Assembly: GCA_965221695.1 (NCBI GenBank) | Contig: OZ244905.1 | Location: 2,912,001 to 2,976,000, forward strand | Reading direction: 5' to 3' | Length of the DNA stretch: 64,000 bases | Source of the DNA: Gammaproteobacteria bacterium | GTDB lineage: Bacteria; Pseudomonadota; Gammaproteobacteria; Eutrophobiales; Eutrophobiaceae | Shown here: positions 60,942 through 64,000 of the stretch, in pieces | Position numbering within the stretch: position 1 is the stretch's first letter | Layout of the letters: each line of letters opens with the position of its first letter | Notes under the pieces: model-generated | The model's input: only the letters and a program-made list of their open reading frames with translations | Databases searched by the model: none | What the model was told of the DNA's origin: nothing | Position numbers and translations under genes: made by a program

Positions 60942-62083
60942 GCGACTTGCTTGTCCTGTTTATCGCGGTGGACAATCACCGGCGCCGGTTTGATTTCGGC
61001 TACCAGTCTGGGTTTTGACAGTGTGTCGTCCTCTGCATAGAGCACGGGCAGTTCCGGGGCCATGTCCCCACTGGTCCGGGGCCCTTGCAGCGCCACCTTC
61101 AGCGCTTCCCATGGGCGTTTGACCGCATCTTCAACGGCGGAGGCTTCAAAGCCGCAGTGTACCATGCAGTTCGCGCATTTCGGATTGATGCCGTTGCCGT
61201 ACCTGTGCCATTCCGTTTCTTCCATCAGCGCCTTGAAGCTTGGCGCGTAGCCCTCGCCGACCAGCAGGTAGCAGGGTTTTTGCCAGCCGAACACGTTGCG
61301 GGTGGGATTACCCCAGGGGGTGCACTGGTATTGCTGGTTGCCTGCCAGGAAATCCAGGTACAGGGAAGACTGGTTGAAACGCCATTTTTTTCCGGCCCCC
61401 AGCTTGAAGATGTCCCGGAACAGTTGTTTGCTTTCCTTGCGCTTTAAGAATACGTCCTGGCGCGGCGCCCGTTCGTAGCTGTAGCCGGGGGAGATGGTCA
61501 CCCCCTCGACGCCAAGCGCCATGGCCATGTCCATGAATTCCGCTACTTCATCGGCTGTCTCGCCCTGGAACAGGGTGCAGTTGATGGTGACTCGAAAGCC
61601 TTTGTCCCGTGCCTGCTTGATGACAGAGATGCACTTGTCGAACACACCGGTGCGGCACACTGAAGCGTCGTGCCGATCGCGGTTACCGTCCAAGTGGATG
61701 GAAAACGTCAGGTACTGGGAAGGTGAATAGTCACTCATGCGCCGCTCGAGCAGCAGCGCATTGGTGCACAGATACACATATTTCTTTCTGGCGACGAAAC
61801 CGCGCACGATTTCCGGCATGTCCTGGTGGATCAAGGGTTCCCCGCCGGCAATGGATACGACCGGGGCGCCGCATTCATCGACCGCCTGCATGCATTCTTC
61901 AACACTGAGGCGCTTGTCCAGTATCTCATCCGGGTAATCGATCTTACCGCAACCGGAGCACGCCAGGTTGCAGCGGAACAGGGGTTCCAGCATCAGCACC
62001 AGCGGAAAGCGCTGTTCACCCCGGAGTTTTTTCCCCAGGATGTACTTTGAGATACGAAGTTGTTGGGTTAATGGTACGGCCAT
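60938..62083 (-). CDS. hpnH: adenosyl-hopene transferase (radical SAM)
   Basis: LMLEPLFRCNLACSGCGKI, YQCTPWG, KCANCMVHCGFE. Confidence 0.96.
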   Translation of the reverse strand: MAVPLTQQLRISKYILGKKLRGEQRFPLVLMLEPLFRCNLACSGCGKIDYPDEILDKRLSVEECMQAVDECGAPVVSIAGGEPLIHQDMPEIVRGFVARKKYVYLCTNALLLERRMSDYSPSQYLTFSIHLDGNRDRHDASVCRTGVFDKCISVIKQARDKGFRVTINCTLFQGETADEVAEFMDMAMALGVEGVTISPGYSYERAPRQDVFLKRKESKQLFRDIFKLGAGKKWRFNQSSLYLDFLAGNQQYQCTPWGNPTRNVFGWQKPCYLLVGEGYAPSFKALMEETEWHRYGNGINPKCANCMVHCGFEASAVEDAVKRPWEALKVALQGPRTSGDMAPELPVLYAEDDTLSKPRLVAEIKPAPVIVHRDKQDKQVA

Positions 62084-62315
62084 CAGCAGCCTTCACGTCA
62101 GTTAATTACTAAAAACAGAGTGTTTCAGCAGCCTGAAACGCGTTAACCGCAAAGGATATAGGATAAACCGGTAAATGTACAGTCACATCACACAATTCAC
62201 AAAAAAAGAGCGCCCAACTAGGACACGTATATTATTTTGTTGGATGTTCTGTCTTTTTATTGGGCGTCCTGTTATCGTGATATACTGGTTTTTTGACTGA
62301 TAATTGGAAAGGCGT

Positions 62316-64000
62316 ATGTCAAACCAGCTAGAGACGCCTGTACTGGACGGGATTGATTCACCTGAGGATTTGCGGCGGTTGCCGGAAGAGCAACTGGAGC
62401 CGCTAGCGCAGGAGATGCGAGCCTTCCTGCTGCATTGGGCAAGCAGCAACAGCGGCCATTTTGCCGCCAGCCTGGGCGCCGTGGAACTGACCATTGCCCT
62501 GCACTATATCTACAATACGCCGGATGACCGGTTGGTTTGGGATGTAGGCCACCAGGCTTACGGGCACAAGATCCTTACCGGCCGCCGGGACCGCCTGCAC
62601 AGCATCAGGAAACACGGTGGGTTGGCGCCTTTTCCCAAGCGGGATGAGAGCCCGTATGATACTTTCGGCGTGGGCCATTCTAGCACGTCCATCAGCGCCG
62701 CCCTGGGTATGGCCATCGCCGCCCGCAATACCGGTAGTGAGCGCAAATGCGTCGCTATCATTGGCGACGGCGGCATGACCGCAGGTATGGCTTTCGAAGC
62801 CCTGAACCATGCCGGCGATACCCGCGCAAACCTGCTGGTGATTTTGAACGATAACAACATGTCGATCTCGCCCAACGTGGGCGCGCTCGCGAACCGCTTC
62901 GCCCAGTTGTTGTCCGGTAAGGTTTATACCACCGTGCGGGAGCAGGGAATGAAAGTCTTGTCCAAGGTACCGGGAGCGCTGGAGCTCTCCCGGCGCGCGG
63001 AAGAACATATAAAAGGCATGATCGTTCCGGGCGCCCTGTTTGAGGAATTCGGTTTCAATTACATCGGCCCGGTGGACGGCCACCACCTGCCTACCCTGCT
63101 GGCGACCATCCGCAATATCAGCCAGTTGGAAGGGCCTCAGTTCCTGCACATCATAACCCGCAAGGGCAAGGGCTATGGTCCGGCGGAGGATGACCCGGTG
63201 AAATGGCATGCGGTGAGCAAGCCGTTCGACCCGGAGACCGGCAAGGCCGCAGCTTCCAAGCCTGCGCAACCCCCCAAACCTACGTACAGCCAGGTGTTCA
63301 GCGACTGGGTCTGCGATATGGCGGCCCTGGACCCGCGCCTGGTGGCGATAACGCCGGCCATGCGCGAAGGGTCCGGGCTGGTGCGCTTCGAACAGGAGTA
63401 CCCGGATCGCTATTTTGACGTGGCCATAGCCGAACAGCACAGTGTTGCCGTGGCCGCGGGCATGGCCTGTGATGGCCTCAAGCCGGTGGTCGCGATCTAT
63501 TCAACCTTCTTACAACGGGCTTACGACCAGGTGGTGCATGACGTCGTGAACCAGAAATTACCGGTGCTGTTCGCGATTGACCGGGCCGGCGTGGTCGGCG
63601 CTGACGGCCCCACCCACAACGGTTCCTATGATTTCTGTTACCTGCGTTGTCTGCCACATATGGTGGTGATGGCGCCGGCGGATGAGAATGAATGCCGGCA
63701 GATGCTGTACACGGGCTTTTTACTGGATCAACCGGTAGCAGTGCGCTATCCCCGGGGCGCCGGCCCGGGGGCGGTTGTCGAGCAAGAAATGACCGCGCTG
63801 CCGCTGGGCAAGGGAGAAGTGCGCCGGCTGGGTGAAAAAATTGCGTTGCTGGCCTTCGGCAATGTATTGAAGACAGCGTTGGAAGTGGGCGAGGAACTGG
63901 GCGCGACGGTTGCCAATATGCGTTTTGTGAAACCGCTGGACGAGGAGTTGGTTGCCGAACTGGCTGCGTCCCATGACCTGCTGGTGACCGTGGAAGAAAA
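62316..64000 (+). CDS. dxs: 1-deoxy-D-xylulose-5-phosphate synthase (3' end outside window)
   Basis: hand translation from ATG 62316: [55 protein letters not shown]; absent from the ORF track because no stop is reached. Confidence 0.96.
   Translation, partial: MSNQLETPVLDGIDSPEDLRRLPEEQLEPLAQEMRAFLLHWASSNSGHFAASLGAVELTIALHYIYNTPDDRLVWDVGHQAYGHKILTGRRDRLHSIRKHGGLAPFPKRDESPYDTFGVGHSSTSISAALGMAIAARNTGSERKCVAIIGDGGMTAGMAFEALNHAGDTRANLLVILNDNNMSISPNVGALANRFAQLLSGKVYTTVREQGMKVLSKVPGALELSRRAEEHIKGMIVPGALFEEFGFNYIGPVDGHHLPTLLATIRNISQLEGPQFLHIITRKGKGYGPAEDDPVKWHAVSKPFDPETGKAAASKPAQPPKPTYSQVFSDWVCDMAALDPRLVAITPAMREGSGLVRFEQEYPDRYFDVAIAEQHSVAVAAGMACDGLKPVVAIYSTFLQRAYDQVVHDVVNQKLPVLFAIDRAGVVGADGPTHNGSYDFCYLRCLPHMVVMAPADENECRQMLYTGFLLDQPVAVRYPRGAGPGAVVEQEMTALPLGKGEVRRLGEKIALLAFGNVLKTALEVGEELGATVANMRFVKPLDEELVAELAASHDLLVTVEE

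Noticed and set aside
62403-63440. 345-aa minus-strand ORF
   Set aside because: Antisense shadow of dxs, which runs off the window on the + strand.

Overview
This GC-rich window appears to come from a Gammaproteobacterium; I infer that from gene content (rnf, mltF, fabA/fabB, mlaA, malate synthase G). In order it holds: a split rnf locus, cysG, msrB, mltF, egtD, a toxin-antitoxin islet, a large RTX protein with its type I secretion system, fabAB, ispG, acs and a class III phaC. A hopanoid gene cluster follows, broken into two blocks, with dxs at the right edge. Between the blocks sit a ~12 kb catabolic island plus argS, a PPIase, glcB and an SDR. The island encodes a short reductive dehalogenase-like enzyme, a TonB receptor, hydantoinase A/B, an SDR, an IacB-like protein, a SemiSWEET, a CoA ligase and a LysR regulator. 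Intergenic DNA is colonised by a three-hairpin REP/BIME-like repeat, whose largest array abuts a GIY-YIG nuclease gene, and by three unrelated MITE families. The best candidates for new biology are the putative halo-indole/lactam catabolic island, the REP array with its GIY-YIG nuclease, and a PhaE-fragment/PhaC fusion. I found no rRNA, tRNA or CRISPR array. All product calls come from motifs recognised by eye; no database search was run.
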